The translations under genes were made by a program, and so were the position numbers. A DNA stretch of 64,000 bases from Solirubrobacter sp. (GTDB lineage Bacteria > Actinomycetota > Thermoleophilia > Solirubrobacterales > Solirubrobacteraceae): NCBI GenBank assembly GCA_035555675.1, contig DATMGH010000067.1:61442-125441 (forward strand). Reading direction: 5' to 3'. Within the stretch, counting starts at the first letter, position 1. Each line of letters begins with the position of its first letter. The notes under the pieces are model-generated. The model saw nothing but the letters and a program-made list of their open reading frames with translations, was not told where the DNA came from and ran no database searches. This document shows, in pieces, positions 52,859-61,170 of the stretch.

Positions 52859-53899
52859 ATGACCGCAGGCCTGATCATCCTGATCGTGTTGGCCCTGTTC
52901 GTATTCATCACGGCCGCCGCGGGCGTGCGGATCGTGCCCCAGGCGCGGGCCGGGATCGTCGAACGGCTCGGGCGCTACTCGCGCACGCTTGATCCGGGGT
53001 TGACGCTGATCGTTCCGTACGTCGACCGCGTCAAGCCGCTGATCGATCTGCGCGAGCAGGTCGTCTCCTTCCCGCCGCAGCCGGTGATCACCGAGGACAA
53101 CCTCGTGGTCGGCATCGACACGGTCATCTACTTCACGGTCACCGACGCCCGTGCGGCGACCTACGAGGTCGCCAACCCGCTGCAGGCGATCGAGCAGCTC
53201 ACGGTCACCACGCTGCGCAACGTGATCGGCGGCATGACGCTCGAGGACACGCTGACCAGCCGCGACTCGATCAACTCGGCGCTGCGCGCCGTGCTCGACG
53301 AGGCGACGGGCCGCTGGGGCATCCGGGTCAACCGCGTCGAGCTGAAGTCGGTCGAGCCGCCGCGCACCGTCCAGGAGGCGATGGAGAAGCAGATGCGCGC
53401 CGAGCGCGACCGCCGCGCCACGATCCTGACCGCGGAGGGCGTCAAGCAGTCGCAGATCCTGACCGCCGAGGGTGAGAAGCAGTCCGCGGTCCTGCGAGCC
53501 GAGGGCGAGCGGACCGCCGCGATCCTCAAGGCCGAGGGCGAGGCGAAGGCGATCGAGACCGTGTTCGGCGCCATCCACGACGGCGCGCCCGACCAGGCGC
53601 TGCTGTCCTACCAGTACCTGCAGATGCTGCCGCAGCTGGCGCAGGGCGAGGCGAACAAGATCTTCGTGATCCCGTCCGAGTTCTCCCAGGCGCTGTCGAA
53701 CGTCGCCAGCCGCTTCGCCGAGGGCATTCCGCAGCAGGCCACGCCGCGGCCGAAGCGCGTGAACACGGACGAGATCGAGGCGAAGGCCGCCGCGGACGCC
53801 GAGGAGGCGGCCCGGTCGGCTCGCGAGGCGACCGAGCTCGCCCACGACGCGACGAACCCGGCGGCGACGCCCGAGGTCCCGCCGCCGCCTAGCGAGTAG
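52859..53899 (+). CDS. SPFH/band 7 (stomatin-like) protein
   Basis: IVERLGRY, QPVITEDN, TTLRNVIG, QMRAERDRRA.I..AEG. Confidence 0.95.
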   Translation: MTAGLIILIVLALFVFITAAAGVRIVPQARAGIVERLGRYSRTLDPGLTLIVPYVDRVKPLIDLREQVVSFPPQPVITEDNLVVGIDTVIYFTVTDARAATYEVANPLQAIEQLTVTTLRNVIGGMTLEDTLTSRDSINSALRAVLDEATGRWGIRVNRVELKSVEPPRTVQEAMEKQMRAERDRRATILTAEGVKQSQILTAEGEKQSAVLRAEGERTAAILKAEGEAKAIETVFGAIHDGAPDQALLSYQYLQMLPQLAQGEANKIFVIPSEFSQALSNVASRFAEGIPQQATPRPKRVNTDEIEAKAAADAEEAARSAREATELAHDATNPAATPEVPPPPSE

Positions 53900-54464
53900 C
53901 CCGCAGCCCGTCGAGCGCGATCGCGAGCACGCGGTCGCGCTGCTCGTCGGACACGTAGCTGGCGGCGACGATCCCGGAGATCATCCGCAGCACGTCGTCG
54001 AAGTCGATGTCGCCGCGGATCGCGCCCGCGTCCTGCGCGCGCTTGAACAGCGGCTCGGAGGCCGCGACCATCGCGCGCCGGCAGGTGCGGAACATCTCGG
54101 AGTCCTTGCCGAGCGCTTCCTTCATCGCCAGCTTCGTGGCGACGTAGTCGGTGAAGCGCACGACCCAGGCCGCGAACGCCTCCCACGGCTCCAGCGTCTC
54201 GACCTCGAGGCCGTGCGCCGCCTGGCAGAGCTCCTCGACGCCGCCGATGTAGACGGACATGAACAGGTCCTGGCGCGTGGGGAAGTTCCGGTACAGCGTG
54301 CCGATGCCGACGTTCGCGCGGCGCGCGATGTCCTCCAGTGACGCGTCCGTCCCCTGCTCGGCGAACGCGTCGCGCGCCGCGGCCAGCAGCGCGTCGAAGT
54401 TCCGGCGCGCGTCGGCGCGCTGCGGACGGCGGACGGTGAGGGGGAGCTCGAAAGCGGCAGTCAT
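53889..54464 (-). CDS. TetR-family transcriptional regulator
   Basis: RADARRN..LL.AA, SLEDIARRANVGIGTLYRNFPTR HTH. Confidence 0.95.
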   Translation of the reverse strand: MTAAFELPLTVRRPQRADARRNFDALLAAARDAFAEQGTDASLEDIARRANVGIGTLYRNFPTRQDLFMSVYIGGVEELCQAAHGLEVETLEPWEAFAAWVVRFTDYVATKLAMKEALGKDSEMFRTCRRAMVAASEPLFKRAQDAGAIRGDIDFDDVLRMISGIVAASYVSDEQRDRVLAIALDGLRATR

Positions 54465-54525
54465 GTGGAGGGTTCCCTCCGCTATAGTGGAGGACCGCCT
54501 CCGGATTTGTGGAGGCGCACCTCCA
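54465..54525. promoter_or_regulatory. Three palindromic operators GTGGAGG-N4-CCTCC at a 22-bp period, with CTATAG -10 between boxes 1 and 2
   Basis: GGAGG starts at 54467, 54489 and 54511 with spacers GTTC, ACCG and CGCA. Confidence 0.85.
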
Positions 54526-54554
54526 GTTTATCCCCCCGGACCGAAAGGAACGCC

Positions 54555-54734
54555 ATTCCTACGCGTGAGATCTCTCCGAGCGTCCGGCGCCGTGTCAAGA
54601 CCACCATGGCCGAGCGTCGCCGTCCCCGTGACGGCCGGACCACGGACCGCCGCACCGCCCGTGCGGAGGCGGCCGTGATCAACCAGTGGCTGCAGGAGCA
54701 GGCCGTCAAGCCCCGCACTCCCGCAACGCCGTAA
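54555..54734 (+). CDS. Micro-protein (59 aa from ATT 54555 or 42 aa from ATG 54606), Arg-rich, ending AEAAVINQWLQEQAVKPRTPATP
   Basis: GAAAGGAA RBS lies 4 nt before an in-frame ATT; divergent from TetR. Confidence 0.5.
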   Translation: MPTREISPSVRRRVKTTMAERRRPRDGRTTDRRTARAEAAVINQWLQEQAVKPRTPATP

Positions 54735-54768
54735 CCGGGCGTCGGCGCCGATAGAGTCTTCGGCACCG

Positions 54769-56100
54769 ATGTTCGACTCGCTGTCCGAGAAGCTGCAGGG
54801 GACCCTCGCGGGGGTGCGCCAGCGCGGCGCGCTCACCGAGGACGACATCAACAAGGCGATGCGCGAGATCCGGCTCGCGCTGCTCGAAGCCGACGTCAAC
54901 TTCAAGGTCGTCAAGCAGTTCACGACGTCGGTCAAGGAGCGCGCGCTCGGGATCGAGGTCACCAAGCAGCTCAACCCGGGCCAGCAGGTCATCAAGATCG
55001 TCAATGAGGAGCTGACCGCGCTCATGGGCGGGCAGTCGGCGGGGATCACGTTCTCGCCGCGCCCGCCGACGGTCATCCTGATGGCCGGCCTGCAGGGCTC
55101 CGGCAAGACGACCGCGACCGCCAAGCTGGCGAAGCTCCTCAAGGAGCAGAACCAGTCCTCGGTCGCCGTCGCCGCGTGCGACGTCTACCGCCCCGCGGCG
55201 GTCGAGCAGCTGGTCAAGGTCGGCGCCCAGGCGGGCGCGACCGTCTACGAGCAGGGCACCGACCGCGACCCGGTGGACATCGCCGGCTGGGCGCTCGACC
55301 AGGCCAAGCGCGACGGCAAGGACGTCCTGATCGTCGACACGTCGGGCCGCCTGCACGTCGACCAGGACCTGATGGCCGAGCTGGCCAACATCAAGAAGCG
55401 CGTCAAGCCGCACGTCGTCCTGCTCGTCGTGGACGCGATGACCGGCCAGGACGCGGTCAACGTCGCCGAGCAGTTCGCCGAGGTCGCGCAGTTCGACGGC
55501 GTGATCCTCTCCAAGCTCGACGGCGACGCCCGCGGCGGCGCCGCGCTGAGCGTCAAGGCGGTCACCGGCAAGCCGATCCTGTTCGCCTCCACGGGCGAGA
55601 AGCTGGGGGACTTCGAGCGCTTCCACCCGGACCGGATGGCGCAGCGCATCCTGGGGATGGGCGACGTCCTGTCGTTCATCGAGCGCGCCGAGCAGCAGGT
55701 CGACTCCGACGAGGCCAAGGAGCTGGAGCGCAAGCTGCGCAAGAACCAGTTCACGCTCGACGACTTCCTCGACCAGCTCAAGAAGATCCGCAAGATGGGG
55801 CCGCTGACGTCCCTGCTCGGGATGATCCCCGGGCTGGCCGGCCACCAGCTGTCGAAGATGAACGTCGACGAGAAGGAGATGGACCGGGTCGAGGCGATCA
55901 TCCTCTCGATGACGCCCCACGAGCGGCGCCACCCGGACCTGATCAAGGGCTCGCGGCGCCTGCGAATCGCCAAGGGCTCGGGGACGACGGTCCAGCAGGT
56001 CAACCAGCTCGTCAAGCAGTTCGAGCAGATGCGCAAGCTGATGCGCGGCATCCAGCAGGGCAAGATGCCCGACCTGGGCGCGATGATGCGGCAGCGGTGA
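54769..56100 (+). CDS. ffh: Signal recognition particle protein Ffh
   Basis: MFDSLSEKL, GLQGSGKTT, DTSGR, SKLDGDARGG, RILGMGDV, SMTP.ER. Confidence 0.98.
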   Translation: MFDSLSEKLQGTLAGVRQRGALTEDDINKAMREIRLALLEADVNFKVVKQFTTSVKERALGIEVTKQLNPGQQVIKIVNEELTALMGGQSAGITFSPRPPTVILMAGLQGSGKTTATAKLAKLLKEQNQSSVAVAACDVYRPAAVEQLVKVGAQAGATVYEQGTDRDPVDIAGWALDQAKRDGKDVLIVDTSGRLHVDQDLMAELANIKKRVKPHVVLLVVDAMTGQDAVNVAEQFAEVAQFDGVILSKLDGDARGGAALSVKAVTGKPILFASTGEKLGDFERFHPDRMAQRILGMGDVLSFIERAEQQVDSDEAKELERKLRKNQFTLDDFLDQLKKIRKMGPLTSLLGMIPGLAGHQLSKMNVDEKEMDRVEAIILSMTPHERRHPDLIKGSRRLRIAKGSGTTVQQVNQLVKQFEQMRKLMRGIQQGKMPDLGAMMRQR

Positions 56101-56145
56101 GGCGGGCCGCCCGGCCGCATCGATCCGCTATCCTGCCGCGCCGAT

Positions 56146-56394
56146 ATGGCAGTCAGCATGCGACTCACCCGCGTCGGCGGGAAGAAGGACCCCCAGTGGC
56201 GGGTGGTCGTCGCCGACCGCCGTTCCCCGCGGGACGGCCGGTTCATCGAGACCCTCGGGCGGTACAACCCGCAGACCGACCCGTCGACGATCGTCCTCAA
56301 CGAGGAACGGATCCAGTACTGGCTCTCCAAGGGCGCCCAGGCGTCGGAGCCGGTCCAGAAGCTCCTCAAGACCCAAGGCATCAAGGCGGCGTAG
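56146..56394 (+). CDS. rpsP: 30S ribosomal protein S16
   Basis: [35 protein letters not shown]. Confidence 0.98.
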   Translation: MAVSMRLTRVGGKKDPQWRVVVADRRSPRDGRFIETLGRYNPQTDPSTIVLNEERIQYWLSKGAQASEPVQKLLKTQGIKAA

Positions 56395-56403
56395 GGCACT
56401 CCC

Positions 56404-56637
56404 GTGCGCGAGCTGCTCGAGTATCTCGCGCGGCTCCTCGTCGATCACCCCGAGCGGGTGCAGGTCGAGGAGTACGAAGAGGACGACGGCACGCTCGTTC
56501 TGGAGCTCTCGGTCGACGATGATGACTACGGACAGGTCATCGGACGGGGCGGACGTACCGCCCAAGCCCTCCGCACGGTCGTCAAGGCCGCCGCGGTCAA
56601 GGACAACCGCCGCGTCCTCGTCGACATCGTCGAGTGA
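56404..56637 (+). CDS. khpA: KH-domain RNA-binding protein KhpA
   Basis: D.GQVIGRGGRTAQALRTVV; located between rpsP and rimM. Confidence 0.93.
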   Translation: MRELLEYLARLLVDHPERVQVEEYEEDDGTLVLELSVDDDDYGQVIGRGGRTAQALRTVVKAAAVKDNRRVLVDIVE

Positions 56638-56638
56638 C

Positions 56639-57103
56639 CTGCTGGTGGTCGGCCACGTCGGCCGGCCGCACGGGCTCGACGGTTCGTTCTATGTGGCCAC
56701 GCCCGCCCCGGAGCTTCCCGGGGCCGGAGGCGTGGTGTCCGGGCGGCGGATCGTCCGCCGCGCCGGCACCGCCGCGCGCCCGATCCTGCGGTTGGAGGGC
56801 TGCGCCTCGCGCGAGCAGGCCAACGCTCTGCGCGGCCTCGAGCTGACGATCTCGCGCGCCCCCGAGATGCTGGGGGAGGACGAGTACTGGGCGTCGGACC
56901 TCGAGGGCTGCGTCGTCGTGGACGGCGACCTGGTCGTCGGCTACGTGCGCCGGATGAGCGCGCTGCCGAGCGTCGAGGTGCTCGAGGTCGACCGTCCGGA
57001 CGGCTCGGAGCTGCTGGTCCCGCTGGTGCGCGACTGCGTCCGTTCGATCGACGTCGCGGAGCGGCGGATCGAGATCGATCTGGGCTTCCTCGGTGAACGC
57101 TGA
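56639..57103 (+). CDS. rimM: Ribosome maturation factor RimM (start CTG 56639 or GTG 56645)
   Basis: VGHVGRPHGLDG, GEDEYWASDLEGC, LLVPLV..V..ID. Confidence 0.92.
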   Translation: MLVVGHVGRPHGLDGSFYVATPAPELPGAGGVVSGRRIVRRAGTAARPILRLEGCASREQANALRGLELTISRAPEMLGEDEYWASDLEGCVVVDGDLVVGYVRRMSALPSVEVLEVDRPDGSELLVPLVRDCVRSIDVAERRIEIDLGFLGER

Positions 57104-57776
57104 CGTCTTCACGCTGTTCCCGCAGTGGTTCGACTGGTTTCGGACGCAGCGGCACGTCGAGAACGCGCTGGCGCTCGGGCACGCGGTCGAGACCGTGGAC
57201 TTCCGCGAGACGACGCCCCTGAAGTGGGGGCAGGTCGACGACACGCCGTTCGGCGGCGGCGCGGGGATGGTCCTGCGCGTGGACGTGATGGAGGCGGCGC
57301 TGCGGGCGCGCTACGGCGAGGATCCGGTGCTGGTGAAGGAGCGGCGCCGGGTCGTCGCCCTCACGCCGGCCGGCCGGGTGCTCGACGACGCGCTCGCCTC
57401 CGAGCTGGCCTCGGAGCCCGCGTTGACGCTGCTGTGTGGCCGCTACGAGGGGTTCGACGAGCGGATCCTGGAGCACTTCGTGACCGAGCAGGTCTCGATC
57501 GGCCGCTACGTGCTCGCCGGCGGCGAGCTGGCGGCGATGGTCGTGCTCGACGCGGTGCTGCGCAAGCTCCCCGGCGTGCTCGGGGACGACGCGTCCGCGG
57601 TCGAGGAGTCGTTCTCGCCGGCACTCGGTGGTGCGCCGGAGTACCCGCACTACACGCGGCCCGCCGAGTGGCGCGGCTGGGCGGTTCCCGACGTGCTGCT
57701 GTCCGGCCACCACGCTCGCGTCGACGCGTGGCGGCACGAGCAATCACGGAAGCGCGGAGACGGTCCGCTACCATGA
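57093..57776 (+). CDS. trmD: tRNA (guanine-N1)-methyltransferase TrmD
   Basis: [49 protein letters not shown]. Confidence 0.97.
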   Translation: MNADVFTLFPQWFDWFRTQRHVENALALGHAVETVDFRETTPLKWGQVDDTPFGGGAGMVLRVDVMEAALRARYGEDPVLVKERRRVVALTPAGRVLDDALASELASEPALTLLCGRYEGFDERILEHFVTEQVSIGRYVLAGGELAAMVVLDAVLRKLPGVLGDDASAVEESFSPALGGAPEYPHYTRPAEWRGWAVPDVLLSGHHARVDAWRHEQSRKRGDGPLP

Positions 57777-57819
57777 TCGACCGCCCGCGAGGCGGATCCT
57801 CGCGCGTCTTTCCTACGTT

Positions 57820-58347
57820 ATGAGCACCGTAATCGACTCCCTCGAGCGCACACAGCTGCGCCGCGTCCCCCGCTTTCAGGCCGGGGACCGCGTCAAGGTC
57901 CACTTCCAGGTCATCGAGGGCACGCGGCGCCGCACGCAGGTCTTCGAGGGCGTGGTCATCAAGCGTCAGGGCGAGGGGGTGCGCGAGACCTTCACGGTCC
58001 GCAAGCAGTCCTTCGGTGTCGGCGTGGAACGCACGTTCCCGCTGCACTCGCCCAAGATCGAAAAGATCGAGGTCGCCGCTCGCGGCGACGTCCGGCGCGC
58101 CAAGCTGTACTACCTGCGCGGCCGCGTGGGCAAGCGTGCCCGCGTCCGCGAGCGCCGCTACACGGGTCCGGAGGAGGTCGTCGAACGCGGCCTGCTGTAC
58201 GACCCCGCGGCCGAGGCGGCTGCGGCGGCCGACGCCGAAGTCCCCGGTGACGCCGTCGACGAGCAGGCGCTCGCCGAGGCGGAGGGCGCCGAGACGACGT
58301 CGGTAGACGTCGAAGCGGCGGCCACCGGTGACGAGCAAGCCGGCTAG
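57820..58347 (+). CDS. rplS: 50S ribosomal protein L19 with an acidic C-terminal extension
   Basis: [44 protein letters not shown]. Confidence 0.97.
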   Translation: MSTVIDSLERTQLRRVPRFQAGDRVKVHFQVIEGTRRRTQVFEGVVIKRQGEGVRETFTVRKQSFGVGVERTFPLHSPKIEKIEVAARGDVRRAKLYYLRGRVGKRARVRERRYTGPEEVVERGLLYDPAAEAAAAADAEVPGDAVDEQALAEAEGAETTSVDVEAAATGDEQAG

Positions 58348-58975
58348 GGAGTACAAGGGCGTGGCGACCAAGAAGGGGTCGTCCTCTGCGTCGGGCTCGC
58401 TGCTCGAGCTGGTCCTGATCGTCGTCGTCGCGCTCGGCCTTGCGCTCGGGATCCAGGCCTTCTTGGTCAAGCCGTACCGGATCCCGAGCGAGTCGATGGT
58501 GCCCACGCTGCAGATCGGGCAGCGCGTGCTGGTCAACCGGATCGGTATGCGCTTCTCGACGCCGGGCGTGGGCGACATCGTCGTGTTCCACCCGCCCGCG
58601 GGGTCGGACACGAACACGTGCGGTTCCGGCCCGCCGCCGCAGGGGCAGCCCTGCGACCAGCCGACGGCCGACCGCGCGAACGTGAACTTCATCAAGCGGA
58701 TCGTGGCCGGTCCCGGCGACAAGCTGCGGATCGACAACGGGCGCGTCGTGCTCAACGGCAAGCTGCAGAAGGAGCCGTTCGCGGAGCCCTGCGGCGGGGG
58801 CGAGGGGTGCGACTTCCCGACCGAGATCACGATTCCGGCCGGTATGTACTTCATGATGGGCGACAACCGTGGCTCCTCTGACGACAGCCGCTTCTGGGGA
58901 CCAGTCCCCAAGAAGTGGATCATCGGCAAAGCCTTCGCGACCTACTGGCCGCCGAAGCGCATCGGCCTCCTCTAA
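58328..58975 (+). CDS. lepB: Signal peptidase I
   Basis: [29 protein letters not shown]. Confidence 0.96.
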   Translation: MTSKPAREYKGVATKKGSSSASGSLLELVLIVVVALGLALGIQAFLVKPYRIPSESMVPTLQIGQRVLVNRIGMRFSTPGVGDIVVFHPPAGSDTNTCGSGPPPQGQPCDQPTADRANVNFIKRIVAGPGDKLRIDNGRVVLNGKLQKEPFAEPCGGGEGCDFPTEITIPAGMYFMMGDNRGSSDDSRFWGPVPKKWIIGKAFATYWPPKRIGLL

Positions 58976-58994
58976 GCGCAACGCGGGCTCGCGC

Positions 58995-59612
58995 CTGTTC
59001 CGCTTCGACCGGGAGCTCGGCTTCCGGTTCGTCGCGGGCGCGGACGAGGCGGGGCGCGGATGCCTGGCGGGGCCGCTGGTCGCGGCCGCTGTGCTGTTCG
59101 ACTACGAGACGCTCTCGCTCTCGGACCGGCGCGCGCTGAGCGCGTTGAACGACTCCAAGCAGCACACGCTGGAGATGCGGGAGCTCTTGTATCCCCGCGT
59201 CCTGCGGGCGGCGGTGCGCGTCTCGGTCACGTCGCGCTGCGTGCGCGGGATCGACGAGCGGGGGCTGCACAAGACCAACCTGGCCGCGCTGTCGGACGTG
59301 CTGCGGCGCGTGGGGGAGGTCGGCGGCATCCACCTCTCCGACGGGTTCGCGGTGCCGGACTGCGGGTTCGAGCAGCGCCACGTCGTCGGCGGCGACGCGC
59401 GCTCGGCCGCGATCGCCGCCGCGTCCGTGATCGCCAAGGTGACGCGGGACCGGTTCATGCAGCGGATGGAAGCCCGCTATCCGGGGTGGGAGTTCGGCGC
59501 GCACGTCGGCTACTCGACGCCGGAGCACCGCGCCGCGATCCAGCGCCTCGGCGTCTCCCCACTGCACCGCCTCTCGTTCCAGTCCGCGGCGTACCAGCAA
59601 CTCGCGCTCTGA
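58995..59612 (+). CDS. rnhB: Ribonuclease HII (start uncertain: CTG 58995, or GTG 58869 deep inside lepB)
   Basis: GADEAGRG.LAGP, LNDSK, SDG, GDA.SAAIAAASVIAKVTRD, GYSTPEH. Confidence 0.93.
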   Translation: MFRFDRELGFRFVAGADEAGRGCLAGPLVAAAVLFDYETLSLSDRRALSALNDSKQHTLEMRELLYPRVLRAAVRVSVTSRCVRGIDERGLHKTNLAALSDVLRRVGEVGGIHLSDGFAVPDCGFEQRHVVGGDARSAAIAAASVIAKVTRDRFMQRMEARYPGWEFGAHVGYSTPEHRAAIQRLGVSPLHRLSFQSAAYQQLAL

Positions 59613-59913
59613 GGCGCGGCGCGTCGCCGCGCGGCCCTTGCGCGCCGCGCGCCCGCGCGTGTCACCGCGCCGCGTGTCGCGCCGTGCCGCCGTGCCGCGC
59701 CGCGCCGCTGGTGCCTTGCCCCGGCGCGCCGCCCCGCGGCTTTTGCGCACCGCTCGCCGCGCGGCGGTGACGCGCCGGGCCGCCGCGCCACGTGGCGCGC
59801 CGCCGGTGCCTGCCCCGTCGCACGGTCCCGCGGCCGTTGCGCACCGTTCGCCGCGCGGCTGCGCGTGTCACCGCGCCGCGTCGCGCCGGCCGCCGCGCCT
59901 CACTCCGCGCGGC

Positions 59914-59942
59914 GAGCGGTCACTTTCTGGCGCATAGCGCCA
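59914..59942 (+). repeat. Motif GAGCGGTCACTTTC-TGGCGC-N3-GCGCCA, copy 1
   Basis: Direct repeat of 60658-60686; both copies end in a small hairpin. Confidence 0.85.
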
Positions 59943-60083
59943 AGACGTCGCTCCTCGCGACGCCACGCGCCGCTCCGCCGCACTTTGCGGCCACGGCGCA
60001 TCTCTCGCCGCCGCGGCGTCTTCTCCGTCCGCCCCTCTTCACCGCGACACGGTTACGGCGGCGGTAAGGGAGGCGCCCGACAG

Positions 60084-60136
60084 GGGGGGTGCTGCGATCT
60101 ACTGTCGGCTCAGGCAAGCAGATCGCAGCACCCCCC
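60084..60136. repeat. REP-like perfect 17-bp inverted repeat with a 19-nt loop
   Basis: GGGGGGTGCTGCGATCT-ACTGTCGGCTCAGGCAAGC-AGATCGCAGCACCCCCC. Confidence 0.95.
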
Positions 60137-60201
60137 TGCAAACCCGCCGCACCGCCGAGCCGCGCGCGGCGACCGCCACCGCCGGTGCTCCCTTCGCCCG
60201 C

Positions 60202-60591
60202 GCCGTTCGCCGGCGCAACGGAGCGCTCGCGTGGAGATCGCCGCTGCCCGTGCCCGCGTTTCCCTTACCTGTGCCGTTCGCCGGCGCAGCGGAGCGCTCG
60301 CGTGGAGGTCGTCGCTGCCCGTGCCCGCGTTTCCCTTACCTGTGCCGTTCGCCGGCGCAGCGGAGCGCTTGCGCGGAGGTCGCCGCCGCCCGTACCCGCG
60401 CTTCCCTTACCTGCGCCGTTCGCCGGCGCAACGGAACGCTTGCGCGGAGGTCGCCGCCGCCCGTGCCCGTGCTTCCCTTACTTGCGTCGTTCGCCGGCGC
60501 AACGGAGCGCTTGCGCGGAGGTCGCCGCCGCCCGTGCTCGCGCTTCCCTTACTTGCGTCGTTCGCCGGCGCAACGGAGCGCTCGCGCGGAG
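60202..60591 (+). repeat. Non-coding tandem array of about 5.5 x 71-bp units, each opening with a CCGTT-CGCCGGCGC-AACGG hairpin
   Basis: Units start at 60202, 60273, 60344, 60415, 60486 and 60557; there are no unique spacers. Confidence 0.95.
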
Positions 60592-60657
60592 AGCGCCACC
60601 GCCTCGCCGGCCGCTCCGCCTCGCACCCTGTACGCCTCACGCACGGCTCGCCGCGTC

Positions 60658-60686
60658 GAGCGGTCACTTTCTGGCGCCATGCGCCG
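60658..60686 (+). repeat. Motif GAGCGGTCACTTTC-TGGCGC-N3-GCGCCG, copy 2
   Basis: Direct repeat of 59914-59942. Confidence 0.85.
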
Positions 60687-60719
60687 ATAACCGACCCCTC
60701 GCGACCGCCTCGCGAACCA

Positions 60720-60752
60720 CGGCACACTCTCGGCACAAAGTTGGCACGAACT
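60720..60752 (+). promoter_or_regulatory. Three YGGCAC direct repeats at an 11-bp period upstream of yraN-comM-dprA
   Basis: CGGCACACTCT / CGGCACAAAGT / TGGCACGAACT; TAGCGT -10 at 60792, 7 nt before the yraN ATG. Confidence 0.45.
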
Positions 60753-60804
60753 TGTAACCGCCGCGTCTAGATCCCCCGCAGTACCCCGCCATAGCGTCGC
60801 GCCC

Positions 60805-61170
60805 ATGACAGACGCCCGGCATACCGCGGGCCGGCGGGGCGAGGACCTCGCCGCCGCTCACTTCGAGCGCCTCGGGTTCGAGATCCTCGCGCGCAACCAC
60901 CGGACCCGTTTCGGTGAGCTCGACCTCGTCGCCTTCGACGGCGCGACGCTCGTCTTCGTCGAGGTCAAAACGCGTCGGTCCGGAGCCCGCGAGCCTTGGG
61001 AGAACCTCCACGACCGCAAGCAATCCAAGGTCCGGCGGATGGCGCTCTCCTGGCTCACCGAGGACACCTCGCGGCCGTTCGTCTCCCAGCTGCGGTTCGA
61101 CGGCGTCGCGATCCTCCTCGACGCCCACGGCGAGCTGGTCCGCCTCGACCACCTGGAGGCCGCGTTCTGA
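60805..61170 (+). CDS. yraN: YraN-family nuclease
   Basis: GRRGEDLA, ARNHRTRFGELDLVA, LVFVEVKTR, RFD.V.I. Confidence 0.95.
   Translation: MTDARHTAGRRGEDLAAAHFERLGFEILARNHRTRFGELDLVAFDGATLVFVEVKTRRSGAREPWENLHDRKQSKVRRMALSWLTEDTSRPFVSQLRFDGVAILLDAHGELVRLDHLEAAF

Noticed and set aside
60202-60591. CRISPR array
   Set aside because: Units are similar along their whole 71-bp length with no unique spacers, and there are no cas genes in the window.
60730-60757. Sigma-54 -24/-12 promoter
   Set aside because: CGGCACAAAGTTGGC fits GG-N10-GC but lacks the TTGC core, and TGGCACGAACTTGTA is one base short. A sigma-70-type -10 explains the yraN start.
59638-60770. Protein-coding genes in the rnhB-yraN gap
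   Set aside because: The ORFs only translate the repeats, cycling through frames because 71 is not divisible by 3; no RBS or domain signal.
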